The notes under the pieces are model-generated. The model made no database searches and had not been told where the DNA came from. It was given only the letters and a program-made list of their open reading frames with translations. A DNA stretch of 53,613 nucleotides, from IMG/VR virus record IMGVR_UViG_3300009184_002810, positions 1-53,613 of that record. One strand, written 5' to 3'. Of the stretch, positions 17,982 through 25,302 are shown one piece after another. Position 1 is the first letter of the stretch. Every line of letters begins with the position of its first letter. The position numbers and the translations under genes are program-made. The DNA is from a virus (taxonomy: Duplodnaviria; Caudoviricetes).

Positions 17982-18710
17982 TTAAAGTAGAGTTTTAATT
18001 TTTTTATAATCGGCAAACTTCTCATAAATACTATCGTACTTTTTTCTAAAGTTTTCTGTGTTTTTTAAACCGCATTCAAAATGTTGACTTGAATTTATCT
18101 TTTCTAACTTAAACGGCTTACCTAGTTTATTTGATACCCATTCCTCTAATTCTTTTAAATTTTTTATATCAAACCAAATTACGTTATTGTAATTTTCATG
18201 GTACTGTGACAGCGGGGGATACAAAATCTTAATAGCGTTTTCAGTATAAGGGTGCCATGATTTAATATTGAGGCGCTTCATAAAGTCGTAGAATATTCTA
18301 TTAACATCTTCTGGATTAGTTATATCGTTCGAAGTGTAAAAAAGTATATCGTCAACAGTTAGCTCTTTAAATATACTGTAATTAGCTACGTCTCTTACTC
18401 TGTGGATTTCATCTAAAATATGTTTCCATAAAGATATAAACTGGTCGTACCTATCTCTCTTTACAGATATAATGTCATATCCAGTACCAAACTTCCTTTC
18501 TAAGTTAAGTATACTTTCATGACCATGAGTTAAGCTGTCAGCTAACTCTTCATTCGTCATTTTTACTAAATCTACTCGGCGTTGATTTTCTATATCCCAA
18601 AAAGAGTTAAAATGTTCTATCTTAACATCCTGCTTTAAACAGGATATCATAAAGCTAGTAGAAGCACATCTCGGTAAAGAGATAAAATAAAACTTATTAT
18701 CAACTAACAC
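17982..18710 (-). CDS. Sulfotransferase family protein
   Basis: FISLPRCASTS; SVKRDRYDQFISLW (R-x7-S); KINSS. Confidence 0.75.
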   Translation of the reverse strand: MLVDNKFYFISLPRCASTSFMISCLKQDVKIEHFNSFWDIENQRRVDLVKMTNEELADSLTHGHESILNLERKFGTGYDIISVKRDRYDQFISLWKHILDEIHRVRDVANYSIFKELTVDDILFYTSNDITNPEDVNRIFYDFMKRLNIKSWHPYTENAIKILYPPLSQYHENYNNVIWFDIKNLKELEEWVSNKLGKPFKLEKINSSQHFECGLKNTENFRKKYDSIYEKFADYKKIKTLL

Positions 18711-19006
18711 TATAAGAGAGTTTTATTACTTTTATTTTTTTTCTCAAAGTACACTTCTTGATATTGAGTATCAGTATTAAGCCACTTATGTTGTGGACAG
18801 GCACTAAACTTCGGTGAGAATATTTTTTTGCTTAGAGGACATCCGCAATCGTCACAATACTCGTCATGAGTCACTGCCCTTGTTTCTCGGTAATGTTCAC
18901 ATTGTAAGCAGATACTATACCTCTTCTGAGCTATTTCTTTCTGTAGCGGAGATGGGTTGGCTGCTATTAGCCAGGACTTGGCTATTTCTCTTATGTCAAA
19001 ACTCAT
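18710..19006 (-). CDS. Small Cys-rich putative metal-binding protein
   Basis: RYSICLQCEH...CDDCGCPL..K.....ACPQHKW. Confidence 0.7.
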   Translation of the reverse strand: MSFDIREIAKSWLIAANPSPLQKEIAQKRYSICLQCEHYRETRAVTHDEYCDDCGCPLSKKIFSPKFSACPQHKWLNTDTQYQEVYFEKKNKSNKTLL

Positions 19007-19018
19007 ATTAGTACTACT

Positions 19019-19108
19019 CTATGAATTAGCAGTAACAACTAGGCTTCCTATTTGAGTCATTACAGCGTTCATACTATTTATTTCTTCTTGTGTAAGTATC
19101 TTTGTCAT
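19019..19108 (-). CDS. Unannotated 29-aa peptide MTKILTQEEINSMNAVMTQIGSLVVTANS
   Basis: Manual translation; fills the gap between 19127 and 19006 with an A-rich start context. Confidence 0.55.
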   Translation of the reverse strand: MTKILTQEEINSMNAVMTQIGSLVVTANS

Positions 19109-19126
19109 ATAATTTATATTTTAATA

Positions 19127-20617
19127 TTAACAACATGCTCCGCATGTTCCCCAAGGTTGCCACCAAGCAGCACCTTGACAGCAATAACCTTTAGGGCAAT
19201 CAGTGCACTGTTGCCAACATGCTCCGCAGTTAAGACTGTAGTAGTAGCAGCTAATAACGTTGTGCTCTATAGCAACATAGGAACTAGAAGTATCTCCACT
19301 TTCTTTAGTCAAGAACAAGTGAGCTCTTTCTACTGTCATATCCCATCCTTTAAAGAATTTCATTTCAGTTTCAGTACTTTCAATAACTTTTTCAGTAAAA
19401 GAAACTACGTCTGGATTAGAGCTATCGATTAATAGAAACTTATCTCCTGCTACTAGTTGCTGTGATGGAAGGAATCTGATCTCACCGTCTCTTTCAACTA
19501 GGTAGTTTGATACAGCGTAGTCCACCCAATCCGTACTATCCGTAAATTTAAGAGTTACTAGCTGAGTTCTTGCGCTCATTCGTTTCTTAAAAGTTATAGC
19601 GTTAGTGCTATAAGTGGTTCCTGCTACTAGTTCATCGTAAGTTATTCTATAATTTGCTAAGTCGTTTGCGTTATCAACACTAAATGGGTTTGGAATATCT
19701 ATAGTCTTTAATAAATCTCCAACCTGTAATTCAGCTGCTGTTTTAAAAGTCCCGTCAGCCATCTCAACTAAATCTGTATCGTCTAATTTAGGTTTAAACA
19801 CTCTTTCAGTGCCAGTTACGTACTGTTCTCTAAATTCTGATTTTAATTCAGTATTCTCATATTCAGCATTACCGTAAACACTATTTTCGCATATCTTATG
19901 GTAAGCTCCTATAGAAATAGATTCTAAGTCTGGTGGAAATAGTATATTTAAGGATCTAACAACAGATATATGTTCTTCTTGAATATTTTTATCGTTATAA
20001 TAGTATGGCATTAAGAAGTACCCTGCTGTTAAACTAGCGGCTAGGCTGTTTAACTCCTCTTGAGTCGTTATTCTATATAACTTAGGGTACACCTCTTTAT
20101 CGTAACTAGGTAAAATAGCTTTTACTAAAAAATTAGGGTGAATACCATTATCGATTATAGTACTAATATTGTTAACTAATGCTCCTTCTGCATCCAAATA
20201 TGCAAATTCATGTCCAAATGTCGATGTTTTAATCAGGTTTAGGAAATTAACCTTATCTTTACAGTACGTATCGTCTATTAAAGCTGTTGTATCGTATGCA
20301 CTTCTTATGATTAATACATCCTCTGCATCTTCGATGTTAGGTATAGTAATTGCTCCGGCTTTTAATACGTGCATCTCACATGGAATAGTTACGGAACTTG
20401 TAAGTTGATTAAAAAAAGAACTAACATTTCCTATATATTCGATTTTACTAAAAGCTTTCTCATTAACAAAAGCAGATAAAGCTGTTAAATCTAATGTTTC
20501 GGCATCTGACTCCAATTTGTCGTACCCGTTCCAGCCGATACTGGTATTAATCTCTATTGGCTTTAAATTTCCTTCATTGTCATACATGAAGTCTGTACCT
20601 AATAATACTGTTCTCAT
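19127..20617 (-). CDS. Circularly permuted ATP-grasp-like domain + Hint domain + C-terminal 43-aa Cys-rich peptide
   Basis: N-terminal GTDF...PIEINT, later DK, LVK and VVRS. Hint 19259-19789 (LVEMADGTFKTAAELQVGD ... WDMTVERAHLF ... IEHN). Tail VISCYYYSLNCGACWQQCTDCPKGYCCQGAAWWQPWGTCGACC at 19130-19258. Confidence 0.75.
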   Translation of the reverse strand: MRTVLLGTDFMYDNEGNLKPIEINTSIGWNGYDKLESDAETLDLTALSAFVNEKAFSKIEYIGNVSSFFNQLTSSVTIPCEMHVLKAGAITIPNIEDAEDVLIIRSAYDTTALIDDTYCKDKVNFLNLIKTSTFGHEFAYLDAEGALVNNISTIIDNGIHPNFLVKAILPSYDKEVYPKLYRITTQEELNSLAASLTAGYFLMPYYYNDKNIQEEHISVVRSLNILFPPDLESISIGAYHKICENSVYGNAEYENTELKSEFREQYVTGTERVFKPKLDDTDLVEMADGTFKTAAELQVGDLLKTIDIPNPFSVDNANDLANYRITYDELVAGTTYSTNAITFKKRMSARTQLVTLKFTDSTDWVDYAVSNYLVERDGEIRFLPSQQLVAGDKFLLIDSSNPDVVSFTEKVIESTETEMKFFKGWDMTVERAHLFLTKESGDTSSSYVAIEHNVISCYYYSLNCGACWQQCTDCPKGYCCQGAAWWQPWGTCGACC

Positions 20618-20634
20618 TTATTCCGATTTTATAT

Positions 20635-20641
20635 ATAAATA
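20635..20641 (-). promoter_or_regulatory. Putative late promoter motif TATTTAT heading the ATP-grasp-Hint operon
   Basis: About 18 nt upstream of ATG 20617. Confidence 0.55.
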
Positions 20642-20651
20642 GGCCAAGAAA

Positions 20652-20861
20652 CTACTTCCTCACCCCGTATTTGATCCATTTATACCAAACTCTTTCGTGT
20701 ATATAATACTGAATAGGTTTATATATTAATTCCGCTATTCCAAATGCGGCGCCTACCTTAATAGATCCGCTTATCAACCACATTAATAGGAATCCGATTA
20801 AAGTACTTACGATTCTGTAGCTAATTGTCTTAGCTATGTGTCTTTTTCTCTCTACTACCAT
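20652..20861 (-). CDS. DUF2061-like small membrane protein
   Basis: RHIAKTISYR...YYIHERVW pattern. Confidence 0.75.
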   Translation of the reverse strand: MVVERKRHIAKTISYRIVSTLIGFLLMWLISGSIKVGAAFGIAELIYKPIQYYIHERVWYKWIKYGVRK

Positions 20862-21244
20862 AACTTACCCTCCTTTTTCATCTGTTCCCTAATTTGAGTA
20901 GCTGAAATATCGTGTATTTCTTGAGGTGGTACATGTTCTATAACGTCGTACCCGATTCCTCTACCGATATTAACTGATTCAATATCAGGAATAATGATAA
21001 TTTTTACTTTTCCTTCAGATACTAAGTCTATTAACGCTGTAGCGAGATTCATTAGAACCTCGTGTGCAGTCCAAGGATTCTTCTCGTCCGGCTCTACGTC
21101 TCTAATACAGAGTAGTACTTTTTTGCCTTCGTTTAAAGCCTGATCTATTAACCAGCGATGTCCATCATGCCAAGGTTGCCATCTTCCAATAAACATTGCA
21201 TAACCTTTACCGTTACTATTTCCTTTTGCTAGTATATTTTTCAT
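20855..21244 (-). CDS. HIGH-motif nucleotidyltransferase (cytidylyltransferase-like; candidate minimal sulfate adenylyltransferase)
   Basis: GRWQPWHDGH, KNPW, ISATQIR; coupled to the APS kinase gene. Confidence 0.75.
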   Translation of the reverse strand: MKNILAKGNSNGKGYAMFIGRWQPWHDGHRWLIDQALNEGKKVLLCIRDVEPDEKNPWTAHEVLMNLATALIDLVSEGKVKIIIIPDIESVNIGRGIGYDVIEHVPPQEIHDISATQIREQMKKEGKLW

Positions 21245-21678
21245 AAATTTAATTTTTGTCTTAATTCTTGAAATACTTCGAATTCCCCTCGACTTGTCGT
21301 ATCAATATCTATAAAATTCTCCGATGGAGCTTGATAATCAACTACGAAATAACTTTCTCTACCTCTAATACTCGTAGTATGTACGTATACCTCTTTAATA
21401 CTGGCTCCCATAGCTTCCTTAAAGGAATCTCTTTGATCTTTATAAGGTGATACCAGTGATACAATAGCTACTTCCCCTTTGTGATGAAGAAATTTAGCTA
21501 TGTTTTGTGCAAGTTCTATATTCTTTCTTCTACCTATTTCAGAGTAGTCTTTATTATCAAAGATCGCTCTTATATCATCACCGTCTACAATAGTAGCTTT
21601 ACCTGCAAAATGTGCTTCTAGCCATTTAGCTAGTGTTGTCTTACCTGCTCCGGGCTGTCCTGTTAACCATACTACCAT
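21241..21678 (-). CDS. cysC: Adenylyl-sulfate (APS) kinase
   Basis: WLTGQPGAGKTT, DGDDIR, YSEIGRRKN, SLVSPY, YQAP. Confidence 0.9.
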   Translation of the reverse strand: MVVWLTGQPGAGKTTLAKWLEAHFAGKATIVDGDDIRAIFDNKDYSEIGRRKNIELAQNIAKFLHHKGEVAIVSLVSPYKDQRDSFKEAMGASIKEVYVHTTSIRGRESYFVVDYQAPSENFIDIDTTSRGEFEVFQELRQKLNL

Positions 21679-21686
21679 ATTGCTCT

Positions 21687-23243
21687 TTATTTTTTAAAAA
21701 ACATCTGATTATTAATAACTAATATGTCTATATCTGTCTCTAAAAACGTCTTCAAGGCATCTTCAGGATATAGTATCATTGTCTTATCTTTTACATTAAA
21801 AGAAGTATTAAGTAGAATCGGGAAGCCACTTAGCTTTTCAAAACGTGTTAATAACTCGTACATGCTAGTCGCTTGATTGTAAACAGTTTGTATTCTTGCT
21901 GTACCATCTATGTGAGTTACTGCTTTTAACTTATCTCTGTATTCCTCTTTTACCTTTACTACTTGATTCATGTAAGGAACAAAGTCCTCTGATTCAAAAT
22001 ACTTGCTTTGTGCAGACTGAATAACCATTGGTGCAAAAGGTCTAAACATTTCACGCTTTTTAATAAGCTTATTTATTCGGTCTTGCATTCCCGGTAAAGT
22101 TGGATTAGCTAGAATACTTCTATGTCCCAAAGCACGTGCTCCGAACTCAATCCTACCTTCATACCATCCTACTACCTTACCTTTGTATAATTCTTTTGCT
22201 ATAACTTTTAGATCTAAAATTTCTGCGTTACACATCGTAAGGTCGTATCCCGGTCCTAAAAAAGGATCCTGCTCTATACGGTGACCTATAAAATTAGTAC
22301 AGGCACCGATACATGAACCTGCATCAGAAGGTGCAACAGGTATCCAAATATTCTTATAAGGAGTATTTTCTCTTATTTTACCGTTTGCAGAGCCGTTGTA
22401 AGCACATCCTCCGCTTAAGCATAAATTCTCTCCTGGATATTGATTTAAAAAATGAAATAATGCTTTTTCGTATATCCATTGGAGGGATGCTGCAATGTCT
22501 TTGTGTCTTTGTAGTACTGGTTCATCAGGAAGTCTATTATCTCCTAGCAATTCTACTAAATAGTGATTAAACATTACTCTATTACTCTTATCCCAAGTAA
22601 AGTACTTCATGTCTATCTGTAATCCTCTCTTATAGTTTACTAATTTTCTAAACTTTCCTCTATACTTTGTTGAATTTCCGTAAGAAGCTAGTCCCATTAC
22701 CTTATACTCACCTTCGTTTGGTTTAAACCCTAGGTAAGCGGTGATAGCTGAGTATAGTAGCCCTAAAGAGTGAGGATATTTGACAGTAAGTTCAGGAACA
22801 ACCTCTCCATTCACCATTCTTACTACTCTTAACGTCTCTTCTTCCCCGACTCCGTCAATACTAACTAGAGTTGCATCTGTAAAGGGAGAACTATGGTAAG
22901 CATACATTAAATGAGACATGTGATGTTCAGAAAAGAACACGGTATTACTAAGCTTCTTTAGTTTAACCCATGCTTTAATGCCTGTCCATAAAATTCTAGG
23001 TATAGAACTCCAGTTGTGCTTCAAAGCTCTTAATAACTTCAAGTGTGGCTTTTCATAATAACATACTACATCGAATTTATCTGTGTAGTTATCCTTAATA
23101 TACTGTATTGCATTAACGGGGAAAGAAGAATCATGCTTTATTCCTGTAAATTTCTCTTCTTCACATGCAAATACGAGTTTTCCGTCCTGAAATAAGCAAG
23201 CTGCGGAGTCGTGGTAATATGCTGATATTCCTAATACGTTCAT
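21687..23243 (-). CDS. Carbamoyltransferase (NodU/CmcH/TobZ family)
   Basis: YHDSAA, EHHMSH, DGVGE, EYKVMGLASYG, SGGCAYN, EFGARALGHRS, RPFAP, THIDGTARIQTV, LNTSFN. Confidence 0.95.
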   Translation of the reverse strand: MNVLGISAYYHDSAACLFQDGKLVFACEEEKFTGIKHDSSFPVNAIQYIKDNYTDKFDVVCYYEKPHLKLLRALKHNWSSIPRILWTGIKAWVKLKKLSNTVFFSEHHMSHLMYAYHSSPFTDATLVSIDGVGEEETLRVVRMVNGEVVPELTVKYPHSLGLLYSAITAYLGFKPNEGEYKVMGLASYGNSTKYRGKFRKLVNYKRGLQIDMKYFTWDKSNRVMFNHYLVELLGDNRLPDEPVLQRHKDIAASLQWIYEKALFHFLNQYPGENLCLSGGCAYNGSANGKIRENTPYKNIWIPVAPSDAGSCIGACTNFIGHRIEQDPFLGPGYDLTMCNAEILDLKVIAKELYKGKVVGWYEGRIEFGARALGHRSILANPTLPGMQDRINKLIKKREMFRPFAPMVIQSAQSKYFESEDFVPYMNQVVKVKEEYRDKLKAVTHIDGTARIQTVYNQATSMYELLTRFEKLSGFPILLNTSFNVKDKTMILYPEDALKTFLETDIDILVINNQMFFKK

Positions 23244-23359
23244 TAGTGGTTGTAGATAAATGGATCACGTTTTTTTAACTCTTCAATCTTCTTTTTAAAG
23301 CGCTTTTTACGCTTACGCTCTTCCCATTTACTCTTAAACCATTCGATAATCTTCTTCAT
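23243..23359 (-). CDS. Unannotated 38-aa basic peptide MKKIIEWFKSKWEERKRKKRFKKKIEELKKRDPFIYNH
   Basis: Manual translation; TAATG stop/start overlap with the carbamoyltransferase. Confidence 0.7.
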   Translation of the reverse strand: MKKIIEWFKSKWEERKRKKRFKKKIEELKKRDPFIYNH

Positions 23360-23363
23360 AACT

Positions 23364-23395
23364 GTAATATATGCTTTTTTTAAATTAATTCCAAA
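23364..23395 (-). promoter_or_regulatory. Putative Bacteroidota-type promoter for the carbamoyltransferase-cysC operon
   Basis: TTTG-N20-TATATTAC, only 4 nt before the ATG at 23359. Confidence 0.45.
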
Positions 23396-24126
23396 TATTT
23401 TTGTATTTCTTCTCGTAAAAAGTAAGGATTCATTGGAAATTGTATACTAATCCCCCAGCTTTCTAGGAAAGTATCATGGTAATCACGGGCATTAAATACA
23501 GCCGCTACCGAATTAAGGTTGTGTATTTCGTCTTTAACATTATCATATACAAATAACGTCTTTTCATCTGACATAACCATGTGTAGTTTGTAGGTATGCT
23601 TTATTGTTTGCCAGTACTCCTCGCCAAGCTTTGCCTTTTCCACTGCTTCGAAGTCTAGGTCTATTGCATTATACTCTGGATTAACATCTTCAAGCTTAGT
23701 TACAATCTTAAAGTCCGCTTTATTCTTTAACAACTCCCAATATCCTGTTTTGAGGTGTTGTTTATAGTCTAGAATTAAAGAATTACATGCAGTTATATTT
23801 GGAAGTGCAGGTTGCCAGTCGTGATGTAATAAGACGGAGTTATGTTCTTTGCTACTCCACCTAATGTTGAAAGGAACTACTTCTTTAGCAAACACTGAAA
23901 TATACTCCCAAGTTTTAGGTAATGCTTCTCTCTGTCTTTTTTGAAACTCTTCATCTGCATTCCAATCAGTTCCATTAAAACCTACGAAAGTTTCTACGTT
24001 TTCTTCGTCTTGCTTCTGTTTGTACTGTGCAAGCTCTTGTTTTGCCGCTATAAACTTACTATTCTCAACAAAATCTTGTAGAGATATAAACGGAACCTTA
24101 ATACTGTTTTTAATTAGTCCAATCAT
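23380..24126 (-). CDS. Putative Fe(II)/2-oxoglutarate (aspartyl beta-hydroxylase-like) oxygenase; start revised to 24126
   Basis: LLHHDW (HxD), KLHMVM, AVFNARDYHDT (distal His); ATG lies 20 nt from the promoter motif. Confidence 0.5.
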   Translation of the reverse strand: MIGLIKNSIKVPFISLQDFVENSKFIAAKQELAQYKQKQDEENVETFVGFNGTDWNADEEFQKRQREALPKTWEYISVFAKEVVPFNIRWSSKEHNSVLLHHDWQPALPNITACNSLILDYKQHLKTGYWELLKNKADFKIVTKLEDVNPEYNAIDLDFEAVEKAKLGEEYWQTIKHTYKLHMVMSDEKTLFVYDNVKDEIHNLNSVAAVFNARDYHDTFLESWGISIQFPMNPYFLREEIQKYLELI

Positions 24127-24145
24127 TTTTATTGTTTTTATACTA

Positions 24146-24159
24146 ATAAATATATTTAT
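24146..24159. promoter_or_regulatory. Palindromic bidirectional TATTTAT promoter (ATAAATATATTTAT)
   Basis: Perfect 14-bp palindrome, 20 nt from each of the divergent ATGs at 24126 and 24179. Confidence 0.65.
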
Positions 24160-24178
24160 ATACAGTAATAAGTTATAA

Positions 24179-24724
24179 ATGAGTAATAAATGGGATGAGT
24201 TCATAGAAACTCCATCAAATAAGTTCGGTTATGAAGTACCAGTATTCACTCCCTCAATCTACAGGGAATATAGAGGTGAGATATTCACTACATTCCATAG
24301 TGAAGAGCATCCTGTAATGAGACATGTACATTATGAAAAAAGTGAGCTTAGTATTCACGGTAGATTCTCTAAATCTTATAAAGGCGTCTTAAGAGGATTG
24401 CACTACGACAACAAAACTTGGAAATTAGTCCAAGCACTTGTTGGTGATCTTTACTTAGTAGTACTAGATGTAAGAGAAGCGTCTTCAACATACGGTGAAT
24501 GGGAGTCTTTTTTACTAACTGAAAGGAGTAGGAATCAAGTTTTAGTTCCTCCTGGTTTTGCTAACGGTCATTACGCTTTAACTGACTGTGTTTTCCATTA
24601 TAACTTACTGTACAAAGGAGAATATGTTGATTCTATAGATCACGGAGTTGTTAAGTGGAATGATCCAGAGTTTCAAATAGAATGGCCTACAGATAATCCA
24701 ACTCTACAAAAGAAAGACAAATGA
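24179..24724 (+). CDS. rmlC: dTDP-4-dehydrorhamnose 3,5-epimerase family
   Basis: SYKGVLRGLHY, VVLDVR, LVPPGFANGH, WNDPE..IEWP. Confidence 0.9.
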   Translation: MSNKWDEFIETPSNKFGYEVPVFTPSIYREYRGEIFTTFHSEEHPVMRHVHYEKSELSIHGRFSKSYKGVLRGLHYDNKTWKLVQALVGDLYLVVLDVREASSTYGEWESFLLTERSRNQVLVPPGFANGHYALTDCVFHYNLLYKGEYVDSIDHGVVKWNDPEFQIEWPTDNPTLQKKDK

Positions 24725-25302
24725 TACAAGATTTAATTGCATTTGAAAGAAAAATAGCAGATCACTGGGAAGCTGGTAGGATAAAAGGTCCAGTACATCT
24801 TAGTGGAGGTAATGAAAAAGAGCTTATTGAAATTTTTAAAGACGTAAAACAGGGTGATTGGGTATTTTCAACTTGGAGATCTCATTACCATGCATTATTA
24901 AAAGGCATAGACCCTTCTTGGCTAGAAAAAGAGATACTAGAAGGTAGGTCTATTACTATTGTTAATCAAGAACATAACTTTTACTCTTCGGCTATTGTAG
25001 GAGCTATTATACCTATAGCGGTAGGTGTTGCAATGCAATTAAAAGCTTCAAGCAGTGAAAATAAAGTATGGGTCTTTATAGGTGATATGGCTTTTGAAAC
25101 AGGTCAATTCTATGAGATGCATAAATACGTTACAAATCACGGGTTACCGGTACAGTTTGTAGTTGAAGATAATGGTGTATCAACAAATACTCCTACAGTT
25201 GAAACATGGAAGGTTCAAAAACCTATTCCAGATAATGTAATTTATTACAAATACGAAAAACAGTGGCCGCACTACGGAACAGGAAAATGGGTAATGTTTT
25301 AA
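24721..25302 (+). CDS. TPP-dependent enzyme, E1-alpha-like subunit
   Basis: GPVHLSGGNE, STWRSHYHAL, SAIVG, TPP motif GDMA...EDN. Confidence 0.85.
   Translation: MIQDLIAFERKIADHWEAGRIKGPVHLSGGNEKELIEIFKDVKQGDWVFSTWRSHYHALLKGIDPSWLEKEILEGRSITIVNQEHNFYSSAIVGAIIPIAVGVAMQLKASSSENKVWVFIGDMAFETGQFYEMHKYVTNHGLPVQFVVEDNGVSTNTPTVETWKVQKPIPDNVIYYKYEKQWPHYGTGKWVMF

Noticed and set aside
19004-19021. TAG read-through joining the 29-aa ORF in frame to the 98-aa Cys-rich ORF, or a recoded TAG genetic code
   Set aside because: In-frame by a one-in-three chance. TAG ends several other genes cleanly (20652, 38420, 50587, 52946), and long genes are not fragmented under the standard code.
19259-19789. Canonical splicing intein or mobile homing element
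   Set aside because: No Cys/Ser at position 1, Val at +1 and no endonuclease motifs; only C-terminal cleavage is plausible.
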